From an uncultured Candidatus Binatia bacterium (GTDB lineage Bacteria; Desulfobacterota; Binatia; UBA9968; JAJDTQ01), in contig OZ243916.1 in assembly GCA_965213675.1 (NCBI GenBank), positions 3,808,001 through 3,872,000 of the forward strand: DNA of 64,000 nt, in the 5' to 3' direction. The notes under the pieces are model-generated. The model did not search any database. It was not told the DNA's origin and saw only the letters and a list, made by a program, of their open reading frames with translations. This document shows positions 20,745 through 30,918 of the stretch, piece after piece. Position 1 is the first letter of the stretch, and every line of letters begins with the position of its first letter. The position numbers and the translations under genes were made by a program.

Positions 20745-21539
20745 TCAGCGGCCCTGGAACTCGGGCCTGCGTTTTTCCTCGAACGCCGACAGGCCTTCGC
20801 CATAGTCCGCGCTGGCGTCCGCGTCGAGGGAAAGCCGGCGGAGCGCTTCGCCGCCACTGTCTTCCCCCCGCGCCAGGGCGCCCAACGTGGCCTTGGCTGC
20901 GGCCACGGTCAGCGGCGCGTTGCCGGCCATGGCGCGGGCCAGGCTCCGCCCTTCCTCCAGCACTCTCCCCGGAGGCGTCAGGCGATGCACGGCGCCGCGG
21001 GTGTGGGCCGCGCGCGCGTCGCAGCGCTGGGCGCCCAGCAGCAGGCTGCGGACCACCGAATCCCCGAACACGCGGACGAACCGGGCAATGCCGCGCGGGT
21101 CGTAACCGAGCCCCAGGCGCGCCGCGGGCACCATGAACCAAGCGTCCTCCGCGGCGATGCGGAGGTCGCAGGCGCACGCCAGCGATGCGCCGGCGCCGGC
21201 GCAGGGTCCCGCGACGCACGCCACGGTGGGTTGCGGCACCGCCTCCAGTGCCCGCAGCGCGCTTTCCACCAGATCGTCATAGGCGCGCGTCGCGCCGGGG
21301 GCGCGAAGGCTCGCGAATTCCCGAATGTCCGCACCCGACGAGAACACCGTCTCGTCACCCGCTACGAGGATCACCCGCACCGCGCGGTCCCGCGCCACCG
21401 CCTTGGCGAAGCGCCGCAAGTCGCTCCACATACCGGCGCACAACGCGTTACGGCTGTCGCCGCTGCGGATCCGCAACTCGGCGACGCCGTCGGCCGTGGC
21501 CACGTGTATCGATCCCGCGGCCCCTGCGTTGTCGCTCAC
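20745..21539 (-). CDS. Enoyl-CoA hydratase/isomerase family protein
   Basis: FSSGADI, GPCAGAG, ACDLRIAA, PAARLGLGY, EGLSAFEEKRRPEF; GTG start overlaps the upstream stop. Confidence 0.88.
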   Translation of the reverse strand: MSDNAGAAGSIHVATADGVAELRIRSGDSRNALCAGMWSDLRRFAKAVARDRAVRVILVAGDETVFSSGADIREFASLRAPGATRAYDDLVESALRALEAVPQPTVACVAGPCAGAGASLACACDLRIAAEDAWFMVPAARLGLGYDPRGIARFVRVFGDSVVRSLLLGAQRCDARAAHTRGAVHRLTPPGRVLEEGRSLARAMAGNAPLTVAAAKATLGALARGEDSGGEALRRLSLDADASADYGEGLSAFEEKRRPEFQGR

Positions 21540-22390
21540 GTCTCCCTCCGGTGCGCCATCCACGAGCCGTCGGCGACGGCGCTGAACAACTCCGCCAGGG
21601 CGGCGTTGACGGCGGCGGGTTCTTCCAGGGTCAGGGTATGGCCCGAGCGTGGTACCACCACCAGGGCGGCCGTGGGCGCGGTGCGTTTGAGAAACAGGCT
21701 GCCGTCCAGGCACGGGTCGTCCTCGTCGCCGACCATGACCAGCAGCGGAACGTCGAGACGCGACAAGGGTTCCTCCAGGTCCCACAGCGTGGGGCGCAGG
21801 CCCTGGACCTGGGACATGGTGAGGGCCAGGCCCGTGGGCGAATGGTCCGCGAGCGTCTTCTCGAACTCGGCGAAGCCTCGCGGGTCCTTGGATTCGAAGG
21901 GCCTGCGCATGGGGTAGCGGGCGTACTGGGCCGCGGCCTGCGTCATGGGTTCTTCGCGGAACATGCGCGCGATGTCCGCGCACATGGCGGCGCGCACCTC
22001 GCGTTCGGCGGGGTTCGAACCCCAGCCGCAGCCGATGGCGGCCACGGACAGGCAACGCCCGGGATGGTGGATGGCCACGTGCAGCGCGGTGTAGGCGCCC
22101 ATGGAATGCCCCACGATATGCGCCCGCTCCAGGCCGAGACCGTCAAGCACCGCCACGACGTCGTCGCGGGCCATGTCCTGGCCGTAGGCCTCGGGCGTCT
22201 CGGGGACGTCGGACGGCAGGTAGCCGCGGGCGTCCAACGCAACACAGCGGTGGGAGCGGGAGAAGTACCGCACCTGCGGCTCGAAGCTCCGGTGGTCCCC
22301 GGCGAACTCGTGAACGAACACGATGGGAACGCCCCGCCCGGACTCTTCATGGTAGAGGCGGGTGCCGTCTGGTGTGGTGATGGTCGGCAA
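21536..22390 (-). CDS. Alpha/beta hydrolase
   Basis: VFVHEFAGD, GHSMG, VGDEDD, SGHT. Confidence 0.88.
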   Translation of the reverse strand: MPTITTPDGTRLYHEESGRGVPIVFVHEFAGDHRSFEPQVRYFSRSHRCVALDARGYLPSDVPETPEAYGQDMARDDVVAVLDGLGLERAHIVGHSMGAYTALHVAIHHPGRCLSVAAIGCGWGSNPAEREVRAAMCADIARMFREEPMTQAAAQYARYPMRRPFESKDPRGFAEFEKTLADHSPTGLALTMSQVQGLRPTLWDLEEPLSRLDVPLLVMVGDEDDPCLDGSLFLKRTAPTAALVVVPRSGHTLTLEEPAAVNAALAELFSAVADGSWMAHRRET

Positions 22391-22411
22391 GGGTTCCTCC
22401 CGCGTCCGCCG

Positions 22412-22813
22412 CTACCCCAGTCCCTTCCGGTGCATGCTCAGCAGCACGGCCGAGCCCACCGATACGCCCACGGCCACCAGGGAATAGATCACCGCCAGGA
22501 TGACGTCCGCCCCCGACGGCGGCGGGTTGCGGCTCCAGTACAGGAACAGGTTCACGACTACGTAGAGCGCGTAGGCGTGCGCCATCCCGATGACGAGGCG
22601 CTTCGTGTACCAAAGCCCCAAGCCGTAGACCACGAGGTAGACGCCGAACACCAGGCTCCACAACACCGCGTCTCCGCCGTTCAGGCGGTTCCCGAACAGG
22701 ACGAAACCGCTGTGCTCACTGAGTTGCAGCGGCTTGGAGAAGTTCGAGATCGCCAACAGCCAGAAACAAACGGCCAGGACGCGAAAAGTTCGGGTCAGTC
22801 GTGGCTCCAACAT
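22412..22813 (-). CDS. Hypothetical integral membrane protein (about 4 TM)
   Basis: Four hydrophobic segments; GAGGAG SD before ATG 22813. Confidence 0.7.
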   Translation of the reverse strand: MLEPRLTRTFRVLAVCFWLLAISNFSKPLQLSEHSGFVLFGNRLNGGDAVLWSLVFGVYLVVYGLGLWYTKRLVIGMAHAYALYVVVNLFLYWSRNPPPSGADVILAVIYSLVAVGVSVGSAVLLSMHRKGLG

Positions 22814-22958
22814 CGGGGGCTCCTCGCGTGGCAACCAGGGTTTACCGGGCATCTTAGCACGAACCCGCGACCACAGCGCCAAGTCTGCAAGCATGGCGTA
22901 CAGGCGAAGGGTAGCCCTTGGTCCGTATGGGGATGCCCCCAGTTTCCCGCGATTCCCT

Positions 22959-25487
22959 TCACGACTCGCGCAGCGCCGTGGCGGGGGGCGTGCGGACCAG
23001 CTTGCGGGTGCCGAGGTAGCCCACCGCGGTGACCATCGCCATGCCGAACAGCGGCCCGGCGACCCAGAGGCGCGGGTGCAGGCCCGCCGGCAACTCGAAG
23101 ACGAACCGGTTCAGCGTGAAGGCGGTAACTTCGGCGCCGACCACGGCCACGATGCCGGCGAATGCGCCCAGCGCGGCGAACTCGGCCACCAGCGCGCCGG
23201 TGATGAGGCGGCGCGTCCCGCCCAGAGCGCGCAGCAGCGCTAGCTCCTTGAGGCGCTGGTCCCGGCTCGATTGAATGGATGCGATGAGCACCAGCAACCC
23301 CGCGCACAGCACCAGCGCCAGCACCAGTTCCACCGCCTGGGCGACGTGGGCGATGATGCGCCGCAGATGCGTGATGATCTGGTCCACGTCGATCACCGAG
23401 ACGGTGGGATGGCGCGAGAGCAGTTCGCTGAGGAACCCCTTCCGTTCCCGGGGCAGGTGGAAGCTCGTCATGTAGGTGGCGGGTTGGCCCTCCAGGGCGC
23501 CCGGTGACAGGATGATGAAGAAGTTGGGTTGCAGGCTGTCCCACGCCACCCGCCGCATGTTGGTGACCGTGGCGGTGAACGGCAGTCCGCCCACGTCGAA
23601 GGTCAGGGAGTCGCCCAGCGACAGCCCCAAGGCCGCGGCGTATTCTTCCTCCAGGGACGCCGCCGGCGGACCGCCGGCGGACCACCACTCGCCCTCCACC
23701 ACGACATTGTTGTCGGGCAGGTCGGCCAGGAAGGTGAGGTTGCGTTCGCGCCGGATTCCCGGCCGGCCGCGGCCGCCGGGACCGTCGCGCTCGTCGCTGG
23801 GTTCCTCGGGGCGCGCGCGCCGTTGCCGTTGCCACTCGGCGGCGGCCGTCCCATTCACCGTGGTGATGCGGCCCCGGATCATGGGAAACATCCGGCCGTC
23901 GTAACCGGCGCGGGCCTTGAGCAGGGTTTCCACCGCATCCACTTCGGCCGGCGCCACGTTCATCACGAACTGGTTGGGCGCCCGCTCGGGTATCCGGGCC
24001 TGCCACTCGTCCACCAGCGCGGTGCGCACCAGCACCATGATGAGCAACAGCATGACCGCGACCCCGAAGACCACGATCTGTCCGACGTTCTCCCGGTGGC
24101 GGCGGTGCAGCCCCGCGAGCGCAAGACGCCAGACGCTGCCGGCCTGCATGCCCAAGGCGCGCCCGCCGCGCAGCAGCACCAGCGCGAGGCCGGCGAACAC
24201 GCTTACAGTCACCGTCGCGCCCGCCAGCGCCCAGACCGTCAGCGCGACGTCGGCGCTGTACCAGATCAGGAGCCCAACCCCGCCCGCGGCGGCGCAGCCG
24301 TAGGTCACGGCCGAGGCGGTCCCCGGGGTGAGGTCCCGGCGGATGACTCGCATGGGCGATACGTCGCGCAGTCCCAGGAGCGGCGGCAGACCGAACGCCA
24401 GCACGCAGATGAAGCCGGTCAGAAGCCCCACCCAAACGGGCCGCGCGCCCGGCGACGGCAGCGACACGGGAAGGAAACCGCGGAGCGCGGCGAGGATGCC
24501 GAAATGAGCCAGCGCGCCCAGGGCGAGACCGGCGATGGCCCCGGCCACGCCGACGATCAGCAGCACGAGGGTGTAGCCCCACTGGACCTGCGACGGCGTC
24601 GCCCCCAGGGTCTTCAGCACGGCCACGTGGTCATAGTGCCGGCGCGCATAGCGGCGGGCGCTCAACGCCACGGCGACCCCCGCCAACAGCACCGTCAAAA
24701 GCCCGCCCAGCAGCAGGAAGCTCTCGGAGCGCCCCAAGGCGCTGTCAATGCGCGCGTTGGCCGAGCGCACGTCGCGCCAGCGGTAGGTGGAGCCCATCTC
24801 GTCGCGAATGGTGTCGTGAAGGGAACGCAGCGCATCGCCGTCCCCCGCCACCTGCAGGCGGTAGCGGATGCGGCTGCCCGGCTGCACCACGCGGGTGGCC
24901 GGCACGTCCTCCGCGCGCATCAGCAGCCGCGGCGCGAACTCCAGGAAACCGCCGCCCCGATCCGGCTCCGACGCCAGCACGGCCGTCACCGTGAATTCGG
25001 CGTAGCCCACGGCGACCGTGTCGCCCACCTGGACCCCCAGGGCCGGGAACAGGCGCGAGTCGAGCCAGACCTCGCCCGGCGCGGGGAGGCCGCCGGTGCG
25101 CCGGCCGCGACTGAAGGGCTCACCCGCCACCCGCAAGGCGCCGCGCAGGGGATAGCCCGGAGTCACCGCCTTGACGCTGGTCAGTTGACTGCGGCCGCTG
25201 TCGTCCGCGGAGACCATGGAGGGGAAACGGATGACATCGGCCAGGGCGAGGCCGCGCGCGGCGGCGAGTTCGCGGAAACGTTGCGGGATCTCGCGCGAGG
25301 CGTCGATGACGCGGTCGGCGCCGAGGAGCGAGGCCGATTCCGCCACCAGCGCGCGTTGCAACCGGTCGACGAACAGGCTGACGGCTGTCACCGCCCCCAC
25401 CGCCAGGACCAGAGCGGCGAGTAGCAGGCGCAACTCCCCGGCGCGCCAGTCGCGCATGGCGAGCCGCAGTGCCAGCGACAGGGTCAC
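22959..25487 (-). CDS. ybbP: ABC transporter permease, YbbP/FtsX-like
   Basis: RDWRAGELRLL, KAVTPGYPLRG, VVQPGSRIRY, LKTLGA, NFF, LLRALG; linked to ybbA and tesA. Confidence 0.9.
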   Translation of the reverse strand: MTLSLALRLAMRDWRAGELRLLLAALVLAVGAVTAVSLFVDRLQRALVAESASLLGADRVIDASREIPQRFRELAAARGLALADVIRFPSMVSADDSGRSQLTSVKAVTPGYPLRGALRVAGEPFSRGRRTGGLPAPGEVWLDSRLFPALGVQVGDTVAVGYAEFTVTAVLASEPDRGGGFLEFAPRLLMRAEDVPATRVVQPGSRIRYRLQVAGDGDALRSLHDTIRDEMGSTYRWRDVRSANARIDSALGRSESFLLLGGLLTVLLAGVAVALSARRYARRHYDHVAVLKTLGATPSQVQWGYTLVLLIVGVAGAIAGLALGALAHFGILAALRGFLPVSLPSPGARPVWVGLLTGFICVLAFGLPPLLGLRDVSPMRVIRRDLTPGTASAVTYGCAAAGGVGLLIWYSADVALTVWALAGATVTVSVFAGLALVLLRGGRALGMQAGSVWRLALAGLHRRHRENVGQIVVFGVAVMLLLIMVLVRTALVDEWQARIPERAPNQFVMNVAPAEVDAVETLLKARAGYDGRMFPMIRGRITTVNGTAAAEWQRQRRARPEEPSDERDGPGGRGRPGIRRERNLTFLADLPDNNVVVEGEWWSAGGPPAASLEEEYAAALGLSLGDSLTFDVGGLPFTATVTNMRRVAWDSLQPNFFIILSPGALEGQPATYMTSFHLPRERKGFLSELLSRHPTVSVIDVDQIITHLRRIIAHVAQAVELVLALVLCAGLLVLIASIQSSRDQRLKELALLRALGGTRRLITGALVAEFAALGAFAGIVAVVGAEVTAFTLNRFVFELPAGLHPRLWVAGPLFGMAMVTAVGYLGTRKLVRTPPATALRES

Positions 25488-25654
25488 GGCACGGACTCCG
25501 GCAGCGGCTGCGCGCGTGTCATGGGCGTTCCTCGGTGGCTGTGATCTTCCGGGTCATGGCGCGGCCCCCGGCGCAGGCGGCACCGTGAAGGCGCACAACG
25601 CAGGCGGCAGGCGCCTGATACGGCCCTCCAGGGGGGCAACCCGGTTGCTTCCGG

Positions 25655-25658
<4 letters not shown>
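25484..25658 (-). other. Three translationally coupled mini-ORFs (34, 12 and 12 aa) bridging ybbA and ybbP
   Basis: 25658-25554 MTGSNR...GAAP, 25557-25519 MTRKITATEERP, 25522-25484 MTRAQPLPESVP; every junction is an (A/G)TGA overlap with an SD-like site. Confidence 0.6.
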
Positions 25659-26344
<686 letters not shown>

Positions 26345-26357
26345 GAAAGAATTCTCG

Positions 26358-27005
26358 ATGGGACGAACACCGGCTCTGCTGATTAGACTGTTGGGGGGTT
26401 TCCTGCTCGTGGCCGCGCTCGCGGCGGCCGGACCCGTGCCGGCGGCGGATGCCAAGACCGTGCTGGTCTTGGGAAACAGTATCAGCGCCGCCTATGGACT
26501 TCAAACCGCCAAGGGCGAACGCGGCTGGGTGGAACTGCTGCGGCAGCACCTGGGGCAGCGCTTCCGCGTGGTCAACGCCAGCATCAGCGGCGACACCACC
26601 GTGGGCGGCCTGGCCCGCCTCCCCGGACTCCTGTCCCGGCACCGGCCGCACATCGTCATCATCGAGTTGGGCGGCAACGATGGCCTGCGCGGCTATCCCG
26701 TGCCGTCCATACAGGCCAACCTTCTGGCCCTGGCCCGCACGGTCCTCGCCGCTGGCGCCAGGCCCGTCCTCGCCGGCATGCAGATGCCTCCCAACCTCGG
26801 GCCGCGCTATACCCAGGCCTTCCGCCGGATGTACTACGACGTCGCCGCCCAGACCGGCGCAGCGCTGGTGCCCTTCCTCCTCGAAGGCGTCGCACTCAAC
26901 CCGAGACTCATGCAGGCCGACGGCATCCACCCCAACGCCCACGCCCAACCATGGCTCCTGCACAACGTCTGGCCCGCGCTGGCGCCGCTGCTGGTGGCGG
27001 AGTGA
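26358..27005 (+). CDS. tesA: SGNH arylesterase/acyl-CoA thioesterase I
   Basis: Signal peptide; LVLGNSISAAYG, VNASISGDTT, ELGGNDGLRG, DGIHP; divergent from ybbA as in E. coli. Confidence 0.9.
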   Translation: MGRTPALLIRLLGGFLLVAALAAAGPVPAADAKTVLVLGNSISAAYGLQTAKGERGWVELLRQHLGQRFRVVNASISGDTTVGGLARLPGLLSRHRPHIVIIELGGNDGLRGYPVPSIQANLLALARTVLAAGARPVLAGMQMPPNLGPRYTQAFRRMYYDVAAQTGAALVPFLLEGVALNPRLMQADGIHPNAHAQPWLLHNVWPALAPLLVAE

Positions 27006-27057
27006 GGTGATGCGCGCCGCGCCGTGGGAGCTGCCCCGCTCATGCCAACTTCACAAA

Positions 27058-27123
27058 GGAGCTTGCGCCGCAGGAATTCGCGAAAGCGGATTTGCCGCCG
27101 TAAATTCCTGCGCCACAAGCTCC
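27058..27123. mobile_element. Internally deleted MITE-like element, family A
   Basis: GGAGCTTGCGCCGCAGGAATT...AATTCCTGCGCCACAAGCTCC inverted ends; the two arms of the 52819-52979 element are joined near AAAGCG. Confidence 0.7.
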
Positions 27124-27254
27124 TGGGAGCTTGTGGGATCGAAGGCCCCGGTTGAACGGCCAAAGCGACCGGCCGTCGTCCTCCGCTTCGAACAACAAGA
27201 GGGTGACCGGTGTGTTCGATCAGCCTTGGACGTTCCGCGCAACCTACGGATGCC

Positions 27255-28490
27255 TCACGACGCCAGCGCCGCCAGCGGCTCGTTGGTGGCGGGATCCACC
27301 TCATAGGGTCCGGGCAGGCCCAGCTCCTTGGCGATCTCACGCATGGCGGGCAGGACCTCCTGGCCCATGAGCTTGAGCGTGCGCATCTGCGATTCGTGGT
27401 CCATGGCGCCGTCGCCGGTGCGGAAGATGATGATTCCGGGCCGCAGGTAGTCCATGATGTAGCGGATGTCCTCGACGCACTGCTCCGGGGTGCCCACGAT
27501 CATGCCCCTGGTGGCCACCTGATCCTCGAAAGAGGCCAGAGCGCCGGCCCGGGTCTTCCCCGTGGCGTCGGGCGCCACCATCTGCCGGCGCAGGGCCACC
27601 GCCTTCCGGCTGTTCAGCCCCGGAGGGCTCATGATCCACGGGATGGGCCTCTGGACGCCCGGGTCGAAGGGGCTCCGGACCCCCTGGGTCAGGGTGCGTC
27701 CCACCTCCATGGCCCTGGCCTTCGTTTCCTCCACGTGCACGAAGAACATGTAACCCATGTGCTGCGGTCCGGCCGCGTAGCCTTCCTCCTCCGCCGTCTC
27801 GTAGTAGACCTTGAACATCTCGCGGGTGAGCTCGAGCTGCGTCGAGAGCATGACGTAGGGGTAGCGGTGGCGGGCGCACCACTCCACGGTCTCCCGGCTG
27901 GAGGTGCCGGGCACCCAGATGGGCGGGTGAGGCTTCTGATACGGGACCGCCCAGGGGTTCACATACCGGTAGTGGAAGTGCTTGCCCTCCCAGCGAAAGG
28001 GGCCGGGGGTGGTCCAGGTCTTGATGAGGAAGTCGTGGGCCTCCTCGAAGCGTTCGCGGTTGTAGTGGGGCGGGATGTTGTGGCTGATGCTCTCGCCGCC
28101 GGAGCCGCGCACGATTCCCGGGATCAGCCGACCCCGGGAGATGACGTCGACCATGGCCAGTTGCTCGGCCAGCCACAAGGGATCGTCGTGGATGGGCAGG
28201 ATGTTGCCGAGCAGCAGGATCTTCACCTTGGTGGTGATGCGGGCGAGGATCGAAGCCTGAACGTTGGCCACGCCGTTCATGCAGAAGGGCGCGCTGTGGT
28301 GCTCGTTGACCATCAGCCCGTCGAAACCTACCTCCTCGGCGTAGACCTTCTCGTCGAGGTAGCGGTTGTACAGGTTGGCGGCGCGCTTGGGGTCGTACTC
28401 GGCGTTGCTGACCTTGTGGATGCCGGTGCCCCATTCCTCGGGCCAGTTGTCGACCTGCCAGGGCTCTTCGGTGAAGTGGCCGATGAACAT
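27255..28490 (-). CDS. LLM-class (luciferase-like) flavin-dependent oxidoreductase
   Basis: GFDGLMVNEHH, LAEQLAMVDVISRGRL, PYQKPHPPIWVPG, VGTPE. Confidence 0.9.
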   Translation of the reverse strand: MFIGHFTEEPWQVDNWPEEWGTGIHKVSNAEYDPKRAANLYNRYLDEKVYAEEVGFDGLMVNEHHSAPFCMNGVANVQASILARITTKVKILLLGNILPIHDDPLWLAEQLAMVDVISRGRLIPGIVRGSGGESISHNIPPHYNRERFEEAHDFLIKTWTTPGPFRWEGKHFHYRYVNPWAVPYQKPHPPIWVPGTSSRETVEWCARHRYPYVMLSTQLELTREMFKVYYETAEEEGYAAGPQHMGYMFFVHVEETKARAMEVGRTLTQGVRSPFDPGVQRPIPWIMSPPGLNSRKAVALRRQMVAPDATGKTRAGALASFEDQVATRGMIVGTPEQCVEDIRYIMDYLRPGIIIFRTGDGAMDHESQMRTLKLMGQEVLPAMREIAKELGLPGPYEVDPATNEPLAALAS

Positions 28491-28513
28491 GAGTTACCTC
28501 CCGGCCCGTGACG

Positions 28514-28679
28514 CTAGTGACCTGTCTGGTTCATTCGCACCACAATCTGCTTGTCTTTTTCGCCGCCGGCTGCGTTGCTCTTCCTCGCGTGGTGCCCGCC
28601 ACTGCTCGTCGTCGCGCCTTGCCGACGACGAAAAATCCCGCGCATCTTGTGATGCACAATTAACCAGACAGGTCACTAG
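28514..28679. mobile_element. MITE-like element, family C (166 bp including flanking CTAG)
   Basis: Perfect 18-bp terminal inverted repeats CTAGTGACCTGTCTGGTT / AACCAGACAGGTCACTAG; the right CTAG contains the TAG stop of the upstream LLM gene. Confidence 0.8.
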
Positions 28680-29911
28680 GAAGCCATCGCGGCAAGCGGC
28701 TCGTTGGTCCTGGGGTCGATGTCGTAGGGGCCCGGGAGGCCCAGCTCGTCGGCGATCTCCCGAAGCTTGGGCATGACCTCTTCGCCCATGAGCTTGAGGG
28801 TGCGCATCTGCGACTCGTGGTCCATGGCGCCGTCGCCGGTGCGGAAGATGATGGTCCCCGGCCGCAGTTGTTCCATGATGTAGCGTACCTTGGGGATGAC
28901 GCTGTCGGGGGTGCCGACGACCATTCCGTGGGTGGCCACCTGGTCTTCGAAGGTCGCCCTCGCTCCCGCGCGGGTGCGGCCGGACGAGTCCGCGGCCGTC
29001 ATCTTGCGCCGCAGGGCCCGGGCGCTGCGGGTGGCGATTCCCGGGGGCCCCGCGATATAGGGCCGCGGCCTCTGCGCGCCGGGGTCGTAGGGGCTCCGCA
29101 CGCCCTGAGTCAGGGTCCGGCCCACCTCCATGGCCCGTTTCTCCGTTTCCTCCACGTGAAAGAAGAACATGAAGCCGAGATGCTGGGGCCCGGCTTCATA
29201 ACCCTCTTCCCGGGCGGTGTCGCAGTAGACCCGGTACATCTGCTGGGTCAGGTCGATCTGGCTGGCCAGCATGATGTAGGGGTAACGATGGCGGGCCGCC
29301 CACTCCACCGTCTCCCGGCTGGAAGTGCCGGGCACCCAGATAGGCGGATAGGGCTTCTGCAACGGGACCGCCCAGGGGTTCACGTACCGGTAGTGGAAGT
29401 GCTTGCCTTCCCAGCGGAACGGGCCGGGGGTCGTCCAGGTCTTGACGAGGAAGTCGTGGGCCTCTTCGAAGCGCTCTCGGTTGAAGTGCGGGGGCACGTT
29501 GTGCGTCAGGCTCTCACTGCCGCCGCCGCGCACCACGCCGGGGATGAGGCGGCCTCGGGAAATCACATCGATCATCGCGATCTGCTCGGCCAGCCACAGG
29601 GGATCGTCGTGGATGGGCAGGATGTTGCCCAGGATCAGGATCTTGGCCTTGTGGGTGATGCGGGCGAGGATGGAGGACGTCACGTTGGCCACGCTGTTCA
29701 TGCAGAACGGGGCGCTGTGATGCTCGTTGACCATGATCCCGTCGAAGCCCATCTCCTCGGCGTAGACCTTTTCGTCCAGGTAGCGGTTGTAGAGGCCGGA
29801 GGCACGAACCGGGTCGTACTCGCGGTTGCTCACCTCCATGACGCCGGACCCCCAGGCCGCGGGCCAGTCTTCCTTCTGCCAGGGTTGCTCCGTGAAATGG
29901 CCTATGAACAT
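28676..29911 (-). CDS. LLM-class flavin-dependent oxidoreductase (paralog of 27255-28490)
   Basis: Same motifs, with long identical stretches shared with the neighbour; GGAGG SD before ATG 29911. Confidence 0.9.
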   Translation of the reverse strand: MFIGHFTEQPWQKEDWPAAWGSGVMEVSNREYDPVRASGLYNRYLDEKVYAEEMGFDGIMVNEHHSAPFCMNSVANVTSSILARITHKAKILILGNILPIHDDPLWLAEQIAMIDVISRGRLIPGVVRGGGSESLTHNVPPHFNRERFEEAHDFLVKTWTTPGPFRWEGKHFHYRYVNPWAVPLQKPYPPIWVPGTSSRETVEWAARHRYPYIMLASQIDLTQQMYRVYCDTAREEGYEAGPQHLGFMFFFHVEETEKRAMEVGRTLTQGVRSPYDPGAQRPRPYIAGPPGIATRSARALRRKMTAADSSGRTRAGARATFEDQVATHGMVVGTPDSVIPKVRYIMEQLRPGTIIFRTGDGAMDHESQMRTLKLMGEEVMPKLREIADELGLPGPYDIDPRTNEPLAAMAS

Positions 29912-29916
29912 CGATA

Positions 29917-30711
29917 TCAACCTCCCAGAAATTCAAGGACCGCCTTGGTGAATTCTTCCGGTTTCTCCATCTCGGGCATGTGCCCGCAGTCCTCGAGGAC
30001 GGCGGCCCGGGCCCCGGGTATTCCTTCCTTGTAGAGCTCGCAACTGCTGATGGGGACAATTCGGTCCTGCCTCCCCCACACGAGCAGGGTCGGGGTCGCG
30101 ATGGCCGGCAGGAGGTCCGGCAACGTGATGCTGTGCATGTAGGGACGCCAAGTGTAGCGGATGGCCGCCTCCCGGTTGGTCTCGACCTGTTCGGACTCGT
30201 CCGGAGTCCAGTCCTTGCCGTAGTACTTCAGGTATTCGGCCGATTCGTGGTCGTTGAAGGACTGTTGGAATGCGTCCTTGGCCGAGTGCAGGAAGTAGTC
30301 CCAGATCTCCCCCTCCCGAGGCTTGATGCCGGCCGCCCCCACCAGAGCCATTTTCGAGAAGATGTGGCTGTTGGCGGTGGCAAGCTCGGCGGCGATCCAG
30401 CCTCCCAGGGAAAAGCCGATGACGTTCAGCGGAGTCGACAGGCCCTGGTCCCGCACGAACCAGCTTACCCACGCGGACAGGTCCCGTACCGACATCAGCC
30501 AGTCCGGAAACGACGAGGTGCCGAAGCCGGGCAGGGAGGGAACGTACACGGAGTAGTGCTCGGCAAGAAGCCTGTGGGCCTCCAGCCAGTCCGGCACGCC
30601 CAGCTCGCCGTGGAGGATCAGCAGCGGCTCTCCGGAGCCGCCCCGCCGCAACTGCAGCGATGTTCCGGCCATGTCGAGGGTCTCTTCGATGAACGCGGGC
30701 GTGGTTGTCAC
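29917..30711 (-). CDS. Alpha/beta hydrolase
   Basis: LILHG, LPGFG, GFSLGG, VWGRQD, CGHMP. Confidence 0.87.
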   Translation of the reverse strand: MTTTPAFIEETLDMAGTSLQLRRGGSGEPLLILHGELGVPDWLEAHRLLAEHYSVYVPSLPGFGTSSFPDWLMSVRDLSAWVSWFVRDQGLSTPLNVIGFSLGGWIAAELATANSHIFSKMALVGAAGIKPREGEIWDYFLHSAKDAFQQSFNDHESAEYLKYYGKDWTPDESEQVETNREAAIRYTWRPYMHSITLPDLLPAIATPTLLVWGRQDRIVPISSCELYKEGIPGARAAVLEDCGHMPEMEKPEEFTKAVLEFLGG

Positions 30712-30758
30712 TGGCTCCTCCGGTCTGGCGTTTTCAGGATGGATGTCAGGTTGCGTGG

Positions 30759-30787
30759 AGCATAGTCAAGAGCGTGGGGAACGTCAA
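30759..30787 (-). promoter_or_regulatory. Putative sigma-70 promoter of the hydrolase-LLM-LLM operon
   Basis: Minus strand TTGACG-N17-TATGCT. Confidence 0.55.
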
Positions 30788-30918
30788 TGTGGATGGCGCT
30801 CGAAGACTTGGGGCGTCGAAGTCAAAGCGGTTGCTTCGTTGACGCGCCGGAGGAAATGCTCACCGGGCAGGGATAGGGGCGATCGCGGATCATCGTTTCC
30901 TCACAAGAATTGTTCGTC

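Noticed and set aside
18727-21219. 830-aa ORF suggesting a long N-terminal fusion to the CoA ligase
   Set aside because: The extension is antisense to the coiled-coil gene and out of frame with the hydratase; ligase similarity starts at ATG 20244.
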